Source of the DNA: an uncultured Spirochaetota bacterium
Lineage (GTDB): Bacteria > Spirochaetota > Spirochaetia > SZUA-6 > CAVTHK01
Direction of reading: 5' to 3'
NCBI GenBank assembly: GCA_963734495.1
Contig: CAVTHK010000007.1
Coordinates: forward strand, 352,001 to 416,000
Length of the DNA stretch: 64,000 nucleotides
Below, piece after piece: positions 31,621 to 42,114 of this stretch; within the stretch, counting starts at the first letter, position 1, and every line of letters begins with the position of its first letter. The translations under genes were made by a program, and so were the position numbers. The notes beneath the pieces were generated by a model that was not told the DNA's origin, made no database searches, and saw nothing but the letters and a program-made list of their open reading frames with translations.

Positions 31621-32999
31621 GTCTGCACAACGCGATCACCGAAGAGAGAGTCACGCGGCTCGGGATCCCCACCGGCCTGGAGGGCGGCAGCTTCGCCCTG
31701 ACGAAGATCGCGGCGGCCAAGACCGAGGCCGGATACGTCGTCGCCGACAACCAGGTGAGCGAGTGGCGTTTCCTGGGCGTGACCTACGTCAAGGGCGAGC
31801 CCTGGCTGTACGGGCCGATGGCCGAGGGCAGGTCGCTCGGCGAGATGCTCGAGCAGCCGCCCGAGGCGGCTCTCGCGGCCCTGCTTGCGCTCGCCCGTGC
31901 GCTCGTGCTGCTGCAGGAGCGCGGCGTCCCGTCGTTCCGCCTGCAGACCGAGACCGTGCTCTACCTCGACGAGGGCGGCCTGCTCTTCCTGCCGCCCGCG
32001 CTCATGGCGCTCCTCAAGGATTCGCGGCCTCTGGACTACCGCCTGCTGGCCGTGGAGGCGATCAACCATCCCTACGTCGTGGGCAAGGACGGGCTTTCAT
32101 TCACGATGGCCGCCCTCGCCTACCGCATCCTCACGGGCGAGTTCCCGTTCATGGACGAGACCGAGCAGGGGCTGCGGGACAGGCTGCGGAGGCTGCGCGT
32201 CACGCCGCCCCACCTCGTAAAGCCGGAGATCCGCGAGGATGTTTCGGACTTCATCATGCGGTCGCTCTCCAAACCGGGTACAGTGGCGCTCGGCGCGTGG
32301 GTGGAGGCGTTGGAGAACTGGCAGAAGGGGGGCGCCCTGAGGGCAGTCTCCGAAAGCGAGAGGGCCGCGATCGTGGCCAAGGCCCGCGAGCACAAGGAGA
32401 AGGCGGCGCGCAGCTTCCGCTCCTCCGTGTTCTTCGAGCGGAACGGACGCATCATCCTCCTCGTCGTGGCCTCGCTCGCGGTCGTCGGCGCCATCGCCGG
32501 CAGCATCCTGAAGAACGCGCTGGCCCCGCGGGCGACAAAAGGGTTCTCGCCGGAGAAGGTCGTGGAGACCTTCTACAAGAGCATCGGCACGCTCGACCAT
32601 GCCACGATGGAGAACTGCGTGATCAACGGCGCGGGCAAGGCGGAGATCAACGAGGCGATCAACCTGTTCGTCATCTCGCGCCAGACCATCGCGTACGAAG
32701 GCAAGTCCTACATCCTCGACGCCGCCGAGTGGGACGCCAAGGGGAGGCCCGCGGTCGTCACCCCCTTCTTCGTCAACGGCGTCGCGCGCCTCCAGGTCAC
32801 CCGGGAGCGCGACGTGCCGGAGCCGGTCTTCGTGGCGACCTACGAGCGCTACGCGAGGGCGTTCGAGGACCAGGCGCCGGAGTCGGTTCCGCCGGTCAAC
32901 GGCCGGAAGCAGACCGACCGGCTGTACCTCAAGCAGGACAAGGGCGATTGGGTGATCTACAGGATCGAGCGGGTGAGCACGGAGCCGCTCCCGAAATAG
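31617..32999 (+). CDS. Bitopic membrane protein with degenerate kinase-like cytoplasmic domain
   Basis: AYRILTGEFPF, PPHLVKPEIREDVSDFIMRSL resemble kinase C-lobe; no HRD/DFG; single TM IILLVVASLAVVGAIAG. Confidence 0.55.
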   Translation: MSLHNAITEERVTRLGIPTGLEGGSFALTKIAAAKTEAGYVVADNQVSEWRFLGVTYVKGEPWLYGPMAEGRSLGEMLEQPPEAALAALLALARALVLLQERGVPSFRLQTETVLYLDEGGLLFLPPALMALLKDSRPLDYRLLAVEAINHPYVVGKDGLSFTMAALAYRILTGEFPFMDETEQGLRDRLRRLRVTPPHLVKPEIREDVSDFIMRSLSKPGTVALGAWVEALENWQKGGALRAVSESERAAIVAKAREHKEKAARSFRSSVFFERNGRIILLVVASLAVVGAIAGSILKNALAPRATKGFSPEKVVETFYKSIGTLDHATMENCVINGAGKAEINEAINLFVISRQTIAYEGKSYILDAAEWDAKGRPAVVTPFFVNGVARLQVTRERDVPEPVFVATYERYARAFEDQAPESVPPVNGRKQTDRLYLKQDKGDWVIYRIERVSTEPLPK

Positions 33000-33009
33000 G
33001 CGCGACGCC

Positions 33010-34038
33010 TTGAGCAGCGCCGCAACCGAACGATCGGCCGGCCAGAGGATCCTGGTCGGCTACAGGGAGCCGTGCGTCAATGCTCTCCTCCGCGGCCTCG
33101 CCTCCGACGATGCGCCCGTGAGCCGCCACTTCAATGAGAACGAGGAGTTCTTCGTCGAGCTCCCCGCGGAGTACGCCGTCCCGAGCCTGCCGATCCACCA
33201 TGACGTGCGGCTCCCGCGGCCCGAGGGGCCCTACGCCGCCTCCGTCTGCGATGTGGTCGAGCAGCTCGCGAAGGTCGGCCCCGGCCTGTTCCGGGATCTC
33301 ACGTACACCTTTGACCCCACCGACATCCTCAAGGCGCACTTCCACCGCGTGTACTCCTGCGAGGGGCGCGCCTATCTCTACCTGCTCGCGGTAGACCTGA
33401 CGTTCCGCGCGAAAGAGCACGCCCCCGTCTCCCGCGGCACGAACGACATGACGGCCGCCTATCGCAGCCGCCGGCTCTTCGTCGAGCCCCTCTTCGTCCC
33501 GGTCGCCGCGGCCGGCGGAGCCGGGGAGCCGTCGTCATTCGAGGTGCGGCAGAGCTTTTCCCAGACATGGCTGGGCGAGCGAGGCCGCGGCTACTTCGTG
33601 CAGGGCATCTGGATCGACAACGACCTCACGAAGTTCTTCAGCAAGCTCTTTCTGCCGCAGGGCGTGCGCGCGTACCCCTTTTTCCCTTTCGTCTGCCGCT
33701 ACCGCACCGTCTGCGAGACGATCATCGACCTCTCGCCCGCGGGCCGCCTGCGCCGCCTTCCCAGCCTCGACGCGGCGCTGGAGTTCATCTCGCCCGCGCT
33801 CGGCCGCATCGAGCGCGAGCTGCGCAGCGCGAGCTTCTCGGAGGACCTCGCCCTGTTCCGCGAGCTCAAGGGCGCGCTCCCCGCCGACTGGGGGTCCTTT
33901 TACCGTGGGCTCAAGCTCACGGCGCGCCTGAACGCGGCGGGCATGCGGGAGTTCGCAGTGGAGGCAAGTCGATGGTTGAAGGAAGGCCGACGCCCGACGT
34001 CACGGCAGCGGATCTCACGGGTCTGCGCGTCACGGTGA
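33010..34038 (+). CDS. Hypothetical protein
   Basis: 342-aa ORF with host-like codon usage; 3' end overlaps the murD start by 67 nt, so the end is uncertain. Confidence 0.65.
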   Translation: MSSAATERSAGQRILVGYREPCVNALLRGLASDDAPVSRHFNENEEFFVELPAEYAVPSLPIHHDVRLPRPEGPYAASVCDVVEQLAKVGPGLFRDLTYTFDPTDILKAHFHRVYSCEGRAYLYLLAVDLTFRAKEHAPVSRGTNDMTAAYRSRRLFVEPLFVPVAAAGGAGEPSSFEVRQSFSQTWLGERGRGYFVQGIWIDNDLTKFFSKLFLPQGVRAYPFFPFVCRYRTVCETIIDLSPAGRLRRLPSLDAALEFISPALGRIERELRSASFSEDLALFRELKGALPADWGSFYRGLKLTARLNAAGMREFAVEASRWLKEGRRPTSRQRISRVCASR

Positions 34039-35379
34039 TGGGGCTCGGGCTGCACGGAGGCGGCCTCGCGTCGGCGCTCTTCTTTGCCCGGCGAAAGGCC
34101 AGCGTGACCGTGACGGACCTCAAGGACGCGGCCGCGCTGCGCGCGAGCCTCGCGCCGCTCGAGGCCTTTCCCGTGCGCACCGTGCTGGGCCGTCACGACG
34201 AGGCCGATTTCGCGGCCGCCGACCTCGTGATCAAGAACCCGGGCGTGCGGCCTTCTTCACCTTATCTCAGGACTGCCAGGCACCACGGCGTACCCGTCGA
34301 GACGGACATCTCGGTGTTCCTCAGGTGCGTGCGCGGGGCGCATAACACGATCATTGCGGTCACCGGCACCAAGGGCAAGTCGACCACGGCCGCGGCCATC
34401 CATCACGTGCTGGCCGGGATCGACCCGCGCGCGCGGCTCGGCGGCAACATCACGGTGTCGCCGCTGGCCTTCGTCGAGGAGCTCGACCCGGAGGCCGCGG
34501 TCGTGCTCGAGCTGTCGTCGTGGCAGCTGGGAGACCTGCGCGGCACGGGCCTGCTCGACCCGCGACGTCTCGCTCATCACCAACCTGATGCCCGACCACA
34601 TGAACTACTACGCGGGCATGGACGAGTACGTGGCGGACAAGAAGGTCATCTTCCAGGGACAGTCGCCGGCGCACGCCGCGCTGTTCAACGGCGACGACCC
34701 GCTGCAGGCGCACTTCCCCGCGGAGACGAGAGCACGGGCGTTTGCGTTCTCGCGCGGGCGGGACCGGCTGCGCGGCGGGTGGCTCGAAGGCGGCGTCGGC
34801 CTGGCTGACTGCTGCGGCGACCGCGAGGTCGTGCTCGAGAGGACGCTGCTTCCCGGCGAGCACAGCCGCCTCAACCTGCTGGCCGCCGCGGTCGCGCTGC
34901 GCCTCGCCGGCGTCGAAGCGGCCGCCATCAGCCGGGGGCTCTCCCGTTTCGGCGGCCTCGAGCACCGGCTCGAGCTCTGCCGCGAGCGCGCCGGCGTGCG
35001 CTTCTACAACGACTCGGCCGCGACGATGCCGCAGGCCACGATCGAAGCGCTGCGGGCGCTGCCCGAACCCATCCTGCTCATCGCGGGCGGGACGGACAAG
35101 AACATCGACTTCGCGCCTCTCGTCGAGCCGGCGCGGCGGGCCGCGGCGATCTTCCTGCTCGAAGGCAGCGGCACGGAAAAGCTGCGCCGCCTTCTCGATG
35201 CGGCGGGAATCCCGCATCGGGGACCCTTCGCCGGTCTCGAGGAGGCGGTGAGCGCCGCAGCGGGGGCCGCCGGGGCGGGGGCCTCGGTCCTGTTTTCGCC
35301 CGCGTGCACGTCGTTCGGCATGTTCGACAACGAGTTCGACCGCGGCCGCCGGTTCAAGGCGCTCGTGGCCGCGCTGTGA
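33972..35379 (+). CDS. murD: UDP-N-acetylmuramoylalanine-D-glutamate ligase; frameshift ~34560
   Basis: MGLGLHGGG, KNPGV, VTGTKGKSTT, LELSSWQL, HRLE, YNDSAAT, SPACTSFGMF. Confidence 0.93.
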
Positions 35380-35403
35380 CCCCCCGCCGTGAGCCCCGAG
35401 GGC

Positions 35404-35432
35404 TTGTCTCAGGGCTTTTTCTGCGGTAATCT
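35404..35432 (+). promoter_or_regulatory. Sigma-70 promoter of tRNA-Thr
   Basis: TTGTCT-17-TAATCT followed by a GC-rich discriminator. Confidence 0.55.
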
Positions 35433-35498
35433 ACGCGCCGATCCGTCGGGCGCCGTGGCGCCCGGGCGGCTCGCCAGGCGCTTTGGCCTGGGGCATAC

Positions 35499-35570
35499 GC
35501 CAGGGTAGCTCAGGGGTAGAGCAGCTCACTCGTAATGAGCAGGCCTGGGGTTCGATTCCCCATCCTGGCT
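35499..35570 (+). tRNA. tRNA-Thr(CGT), CCA not encoded
   Basis: GCCAGGG/TCCTGGC acceptor, TAGCTCAG-GGGTAGAGC D arm, GCTCA-CTCGTAA-TGAGC anticodon arm, TGGGG-TTCGATT-CCCCA T arm. Confidence 0.95.
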
Positions 35571-35946
35571 GAAACCAAGTCACGTCCAGCGTAAGAGGAG
35601 TGCATGGCGGGGTTCTTTGGTCCTCCATGCGCCCATCTGCCGCCATCCCCCCGCGCCGCGGCCGCCCGGCGTGTGTCGATTCCGGTGGTTCTCGTTCGAC
35701 GTTAAAGGTGAGAGGCGGGGAACAGGCCCGCGGCGCGAGAAAAACCCTTCCAGCGCACCTTGTGAAGCCGTTGCATCTCCGGGAAGACCCGACTGACCGC
35801 GTCAAGCTGGAGGCCGGACCGCGATGCAGCAGTGCCCCGCCATTCCCGCTGATGGCACGTTGGCAGCTGCGCCCACCTCGCCTCGGACCGTTCCCCGCGG
35901 CACCGCAACTCAGCTTCAGGGGATCAATTTCACCATCAATCAAGTC

Positions 35947-37336
35947 TCACGCCGGCTTTACGTTCTGGTTGACGTGGAACAGGTTGTGCGGGTCGTACTT
36001 GCCCTTGATCTGCGCCAGGCGTGCGTAGTGGCCGCCGTAGACCGTCCTGACTCGGTCCATCCCCTCGTCCATCATCATGTTGACGTATGCCCCCCCGGAA
36101 GAGTGTGGATGCACCGATTGCCGGAAGTCTTTCGCCCACTTGATATTGCGCGGGTTGTTTGCCGGGTCCGGATCGACGCCAACCATCACCTGGACAAAGT
36201 TGCCGTCGCGGTGGTTCCAGGCGGTATCGTCCTTTCCCACGCGATGGGCAGCGCCGTTGATCGGATACAGATGCATGGTCGAGTGCATGCTCGGCAGCCG
36301 TGAGGCGTAGTCGATGTCCGTGTCGATCACCTTGTCGCTCAGGTCGGTCGAGAATCTCGGAGCTCCAGTACCACTGCAACCCTGCCGGGTACACCCAATC
36401 GAACATGCTGTTCAGCGCCGGGAACGGGATCGGGCCGACATAGTCGATCGCGGGTGGGGCAATGTTCCGGATTGGCTCGAATACCTGCTTCCCTTTCTCC
36501 GGGTCCCCCGTGTAGCACCACACGGCGACCAGCATCTTCTTCAGGTGGTGCTCCTTGGGGAACATGTCGACCGGCGGCACCGTGTGGAAGCCCAGCCACG
36601 CGTTGAGGTCCTGCGGCTCGCTCAGGATGAGGTCGCGCCAGAAGCGCATGACGCGCGGGGCGTCTTCCAACTCCCAGAAGATTGGCCCGCCGTAGACCGT
36701 GCTCACCGGTCTGCCCTGGAACAGGAACGAGGTGATCACCCCGAAATTGCCGCCCCCGCCGCGCACCGCCCAGAACAGCTCGGCATTCTGGCTGGCGTCG
36801 GCGGTTACGAGGCTGCCATCTGCCAGCACCATATCGACACCCAGCAGGTTGTCGATGGTCAGCCCGTAGCGGCCAGTCAGGTAGCCCACTCCGCCGCCCA
36901 GGGTCAGCCCGCCGACGCCGGTCGTGGACAGGAAACCGGCCGGCACAGCCAGCCCGTAAGCGTGGGTGGCGTGGTCCACGTCGCCCCATGTGGCCCCGCC
37001 CTGCACACGTACCGTGCCCTTCTGCGGGTCGACGCGGATGCCGCGCATGCGTCCCAGGTCGATCACCAGGCCGTCGTCGCAGGTGCCCAGTCCCGCCCCG
37101 TTGTGACCGCCGCCGCGCACGGCGATCGCCAGGTCATTCGCGCGTCCGAAATTGACCGCCGCGACGACATCGGCCGCGTCGACGCACCTCGCAATCAGCA
37201 AGGGGCGCTTGTCGATCATGGCGTTGTACACCTTGCGCGCTTCGTCGTAGCCGGCATCCTCCCGACTGATCAGATTGCCGCGCAGCTTCTGCGCCAGTTC
37301 CCCCACGGCTTTCTCACCGAGAGCCGTCTTGCCCAT
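35947..37336 (-). CDS. FAD-linked oxidoreductase with BBE C-terminal domain; frameshift ~36360
   Basis: AVRGGGHN (covalent FAD His motif), TGVGGLTLGGG, WAVRGGGGNFGV, YVN, KGKYDPHNLFHVNQN. Confidence 0.9.
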
Positions 37337-37423
37337 ATGTCTCTCCTTCTCCGCAGCCTGCACTCCGGCAGAGCGGGTGTGTTCATCGCAGCAAAGAATG
37401 GGACGCTGAGCTGATGCCAGGCA

Positions 37424-37441
37424 ATCGGTAGATATACCCAT
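37424..37441. promoter_or_regulatory. Imperfect palindrome, candidate operator of the adjacent LuxR-type regulator
   Basis: ATCGGTAGATATACCCAT, 14/18 self-complementary, containing NarL-like heptamers TACCCAT/TACCGAT, between divergent genes. Confidence 0.55.
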
Positions 37442-37524
37442 ATTGAGGATTTGACGGTCCGGGGATTGCTCTGGGCTGTCCTTCTGATTTCCATCCAGCC
37501 GCCTGTTGTTATCTTTGGTGCCTG

Positions 37525-40500
37525 GTGAAGGTAGAGCCTGGTTCTCTGATCAGTGATCGATACGCCGTCGAGACGGATCTCGGCGAGATCGCAGCGCCCG
37601 CGTCGCGTCGTCTCTATCGCGGCCGCGATACGGCACTCGAGCGGCCTGTGCTGCTGGTGATCGGCGTTGGCGATGCGGCCGCCTCCATGGTCGGCGAAGC
37701 GCGGGCGGCGGCGCGGCTGGCGGCTCACCCGAGCATCGCGGCGGTCTACGATACGGGTAGCCACGATGGCCAACCATACCTCGTTCTCGAGCCCATGGTG
37801 GGGGACACTCTTGGCGGCGTCGGGCAGCTCGCCGCCGAGAAGGTACGGTGCGTAGCGAAGGGGGTCTGCGCTGCCCTCGCCCACGCCCATGCCGCCGGTG
37901 TGGCTCACGGAGCCCTCGAGGCTGCGTCGGTGTGGCTGGATGCCGAGGCCGGTGCCAAGGTGGCCGGCTTCTCCCTCATCGACGCGTCGAGCGAGTCTGT
38001 GCGCAGCGACCTCCACGCCCTCGGGGCCCTCCTGTATGGCTTGCTGACAGGCGAGACAGTTCCGCGAGCCGCTGCCGGCATCGAGGCCGGGCTCAGCGGC
38101 GTGCCGGTTGACCTGGCCGCGGTCGTGGCAGACCTGCTCGCCGATCGGATCCCTGACGCCGAAGAGGCGCTGAGGCGGCTTGAGGGCGAAACGGCGGTGG
38201 CCGTCAGGGGAGACTTTGTCGGGCGGCGCGAGGAGCGCAAGCTGCTGGAGGTCGCTCTGGAGGAGGCCTGCGCGGGCACGGGCCGCGTGGTGCTTCTGGC
38301 GGGAGAGCCCGGCATCGGCAAGACCCGAGTCGCGCAGGAGCTTGCCGCTGATGCGGAACGACAGGGAGTGCGGGTGCTGTGGGGCATGTCGCTGGAAGGG
38401 GAAGCGGCGCCTCCGTACTGGCCTTGGGTCGAGGCGCTCAGGGGCTCAGACGCCGCCTCTGCTGCGGTCGTCTCCTTTCTCACCGATCCGGAGCACAGAC
38501 CCGCCGGTGTTTCGATGTTCGCCGACAGTCCTCGCTCGGTCCGCTTCGCCCAGTTCGATGCGGTCGCCTCGTTTCTCTCGGCGACTTCCAAGGAGAAGCC
38601 CCTTGTCGTGGTCCTCGACGATCTGCACAGCGCAGACGAGCCGTCGCTGCAGCTTCTCGCGTTCGTCGCCCGGCGGCTGGAGCGATCACGGGTGCTGATC
38701 CTGGGCGCCTATCGTGACACCGAGTTGCGGCGCGGCCATCCCCTCCAGGGCGTGCTCGCCGGCTTGGGTCGGGAGCAGGCCTTTCGGAGGGTCACTCTCC
38801 GCGGTCTCTCGCAAGAGGAGATCGCACGATTCATGGAGATTGTGGCCGGCGGGCCCGTGGAGGATCGGCTGCTGAAGGCCGTCTACCGTCAAACCGAGGG
38901 CAACCCCCTGTTCATGAAGGAGTTGGTGCGGCTGCTGGACCGCGAGGGCGCCTTCAGAGATCCCAGCTCCCTCGCCAGCTGGGGCCTGCAGGTTCCGGAA
39001 GGGGTGCGGGAGATGATCGGGATGCGCATGAACCGGCTTTCCGAGCCGACCAATCGTGTGCTTGCGCTCGCATCGATCATCGGGATGGTCTTCAGCCAGG
39101 AAGAGCTGAGCCGGCTGGCTGACGACGTCAAGGACCTGGACGTCTCTGCCGCCTTGGAGGAAGCCCTGCAGGAGGGGATCCTGGTCGATGCTCGGGAAGT
39201 GGGGAGCTACCAGTTCCATCACGCCCTGGTCCGCGAGGTGCTCTACGACGAGATGACGTCGATCCGCCGCTCTCGCCTTCATCTCGAAGTTCGCCCAGGA
39301 CCTGGAGCGGGCCCATGGGGACAACTTGGCCCCCTATGTCTCGCGGCTGGCCGAGCATTATCGGGCGGCGACTCAGGCGGGAGCCGCCGGCAAGGCTGTA
39401 GAGTACGCAAGACTGGCCGGCCGCAGTGCCATGGACATGCTGGCCTTCGAGGACGCGGCGCGGCACTTCGGCAACGCCCTGGAGAGCCTGCCGCTGACCG
39501 AGAAGCCGGAGCCCCGCGAGCGTCTCGAGATCCTTCAGTCGCTGGCCGAGGCGCAGATGAACGCCCACGATCCGGTCGCCGGCTCAAGGACGCTGCAACT
39601 TGTTTTCGACACCGCTTCTCGCGAGGGGATGCATGACCTCTGCGGCCGGGCGGCGTTGCTGGCTGAGAGCGCCGTATTCTGGTCCGGGCTTCCCAACCCG
39701 CGCGTCATCCAGATGCTCGAGCAGGCCCTGGCTGGCCTGGGGGACGAGGTCAGCACGCTGAGGGCACGGCTGCTCGCCTCCACGGCCCGAGCCATGCTCC
39801 AGAGCCAGCGCCTCGACGAGGCCGACAGACAGAGCCGCGAGGCGGTGGAGGTAGCCCGCGAGGCGACCGATCCCGCTACCCTGGCGTTTGCTTTGAACGT
39901 GCGCTTGATAGTCACCTGGGGGCCCAACACTTCCGACGAGCGCCTGGCCTGCGCCAGCGAAATGCTGGAGATGGTGAAGCTCACGGGTGATCGCCAACAG
40001 GCGAACAACGCCCACGGCTACTTGCTTATCATTCACCTGGAACGTGGAGAAAGGGAACAGTACTACGAGCATCTGCACGAATGCGTGCAGATCAACGCTC
40101 ACTCGGTGCAGCCGTTCATGGGCTGGGCCACCCGATTGTTTCTGACCTGCCATTCTCTCCTGGAGGGGCGTTACGACGAAGCACTGGGACGCGCGCAGAA
40201 GGCTCTCGAGCACGGTCGGCGAACCTCCATCAACTCCGTCGACGGCGGCTACAGCCTCCAGATGTTCACCATAGCCCGAGATCGAGGGCAGTTGGCCACC
40301 TTGAGCCCCGTCCTGGCGAGGTTCCTCAAGGAGTCCGGCTCACCGCCCTGGGAGCCCGGCCTCGCCCTGCTGTATGCCGAGCTCGGGATGGCAGCCGAGG
40401 CACGGGAGGCTTTCGAGCGAGTCGCTTCCACCGGATTCTCGGCGGTGCCTCGCGATCATGCATGGCCGGGCGCCATGGCTTACCTGGCCGAGGTCTGCGC

Positions 40501-41101
40501 CTTCCTCCAGGATGAGGAGCGGGCTGCTCAGATCCACGACCTGCTGCTGCCTTACGCGCACTGCGCCATCATGGCCGGCGGCGTCATCGTCTGTCTGGGC
40601 TCCGCATCACGGTTCCTCGGCCTGCTGTCCTCGGTGCGAAGAAGATGGGCCGAGGCGGAGGCCCACTTCGAGGAGGCCCTCGCCTTTAACGAGAAGCTGG
40701 GTGCGCGGCCGGCCCTGGTGAGAGCTCGGAACGACTTCGCCGCCATGCTGCTGCGGCGCCGTCGCGGCGACGACGTCAGCCGGGCTTCAGAGATGGCGGA
40801 GCGGGCGCTCAAGGACGCGCGGCAGATGGGGATGGCAACCCAGGTGACGGAGTTGGAGGCCCTCGCTCAGGCCGCCGCGGCTCACCACGGCAAGCGATCC
40901 GACTACCCCGACGGGCTCACCGCTCGCGAGCTGGAGGTGCTGCGGCTGATCGCCGAAGGGGCCACAAACCACGACATCGCCACGGAACTCTACATCAGCG
41001 AGAAGACGGTGCACAATCACGTGAGCAACCTTCTGGCCAAGACCGGCTGCGCCAACAGGACAGAGGCCGCCTCCTACGCGCTCAGAAAGCACTTGGCGTG
41101 A
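37525..41101 (+). CDS. Pseudokinase-AAA ATPase (STAND)-TPR-LuxR HTH regulator; frameshift ~39290
   Basis: [57 protein letters not shown]...[24 protein letters not shown]. Confidence 0.88.
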
Positions 41102-41107
41102 GAGACT

Positions 41108-41416
41108 TCAGCCGATCGTGGTGGGCGCATGGCCGCTGCGTCGCTCCACTTCTTCGCGACTCAAGTAGGCTGCCGGGTTGAACTCGGAGACCTCCATGAT
41201 AACATCGGCCGGGATGTGGAGCCGGCTCGCCGCTTCGCGTATGGCCTCGGTGCTCGGGGCTTCGTAAAGGCAATACGTCTTTCGCTTGTCAGCGCTGAGG
41301 AACGAAAAGAGCCAGTGAACGCCGATGTCCTTGTTGACGTCGAGCGTTCTACCAACGCTTTCCGGGTCCGCTTGCAGCTTTTCCGCAAAGTTACGCTCGA
41401 TCAGGAACAGCGGCAT
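41108..41416 (-). CDS. DUF4242 (SCO4226-like) small protein
   Basis: MPLFLIERNF...VHWLFSFLSADKRKTYCLYEAPSTEAIREAA....IPADVIMEV; GGGAGG RBS. Confidence 0.8.
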   Translation of the reverse strand: MPLFLIERNFAEKLQADPESVGRTLDVNKDIGVHWLFSFLSADKRKTYCLYEAPSTEAIREAASRLHIPADVIMEVSEFNPAAYLSREEVERRSGHAPTTIG

Positions 41417-41444
41417 ACGCGCGCCTCCCACACCGCAACCAAAC

Positions 41445-41672
41445 TTAGTCGCAGTGCTCTGTGGAGTCAACAGCGCCGTTCTCCAGGAACCCCGCGCGCC
41501 TGAGCCACGCGTGCTCGAAATCCTCCAAGTGGGCTTCTCTGCACCCGATAGCCATACGCTGCGGGTCGTCCCACCGCTTCAGCGCCCGCCGCCGGGCGTC
41601 CTTCCAGAGCCTGTGGATCTCGCGCATGCACGCACCGAGACCGCTTACCGCAATCCTTAGGACAGTGTCCAT
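41445..41672 (-). CDS. Small hypothetical protein (75 aa)
   Basis: ATG after a G-rich RBS, between the ParB-like gene and DUF4242 on the same strand. Confidence 0.35.
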   Translation of the reverse strand: MDTVLRIAVSGLGACMREIHRLWKDARRRALKRWDDPQRMAIGCREAHLEDFEHAWLRRAGFLENGAVDSTEHCD

Positions 41673-41691
41673 ATCCCCCCCCTCGCGGCAT

Positions 41692-42114
41692 CTATGGCGC
41701 ACAGACCGTGACGATCTCGGCATCGATGTAGCCGACGCCGTGGAATCGGGCCACTGACACTCGATGGTTACCGTTGCGTACGCAGTGGCTCCCGTCCACC
41801 TCGAGGACCGGGACGGCGGGCAGGGCGACGCCTCTTCGGAAGGCCTCGTTGACCCTCGTCCAGCGGCGGATCAGGAATTGTCGCCAGGGCAGGAAGCTGC
41901 TGCTGAAGTCACGGGCGCGCTACTCAGTTCCGATGATCCTGCCGAGCTCGATCGAACACAGACCGACGTAGGTCTCGATGCGCGGCGACATGCGCATGAG
42001 CACTTCCGCAAGAGACTGCACCCGATCTCGCCTCCAAGTGAGGAAAGCCAACAACCTCCCGAATGACGCCCCGTTCCGGGCTTGTTCGAAGTCATGCAGA
42101 TCCACCTGACTCAT
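41692..42114 (-). pseudogene. ParB/Sulfiredoxin-like N-terminal domain gene (DUF4032-associated type) with in-frame TAG at 41920-41922
   Basis: Frame continues past TAG: IIGTE*RARDFSSSFLP...RRW..VNEA...LPAV...VRNGNHRVSVAR..G..YIDAEIV; GGAGGT RBS. Confidence 0.7.
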
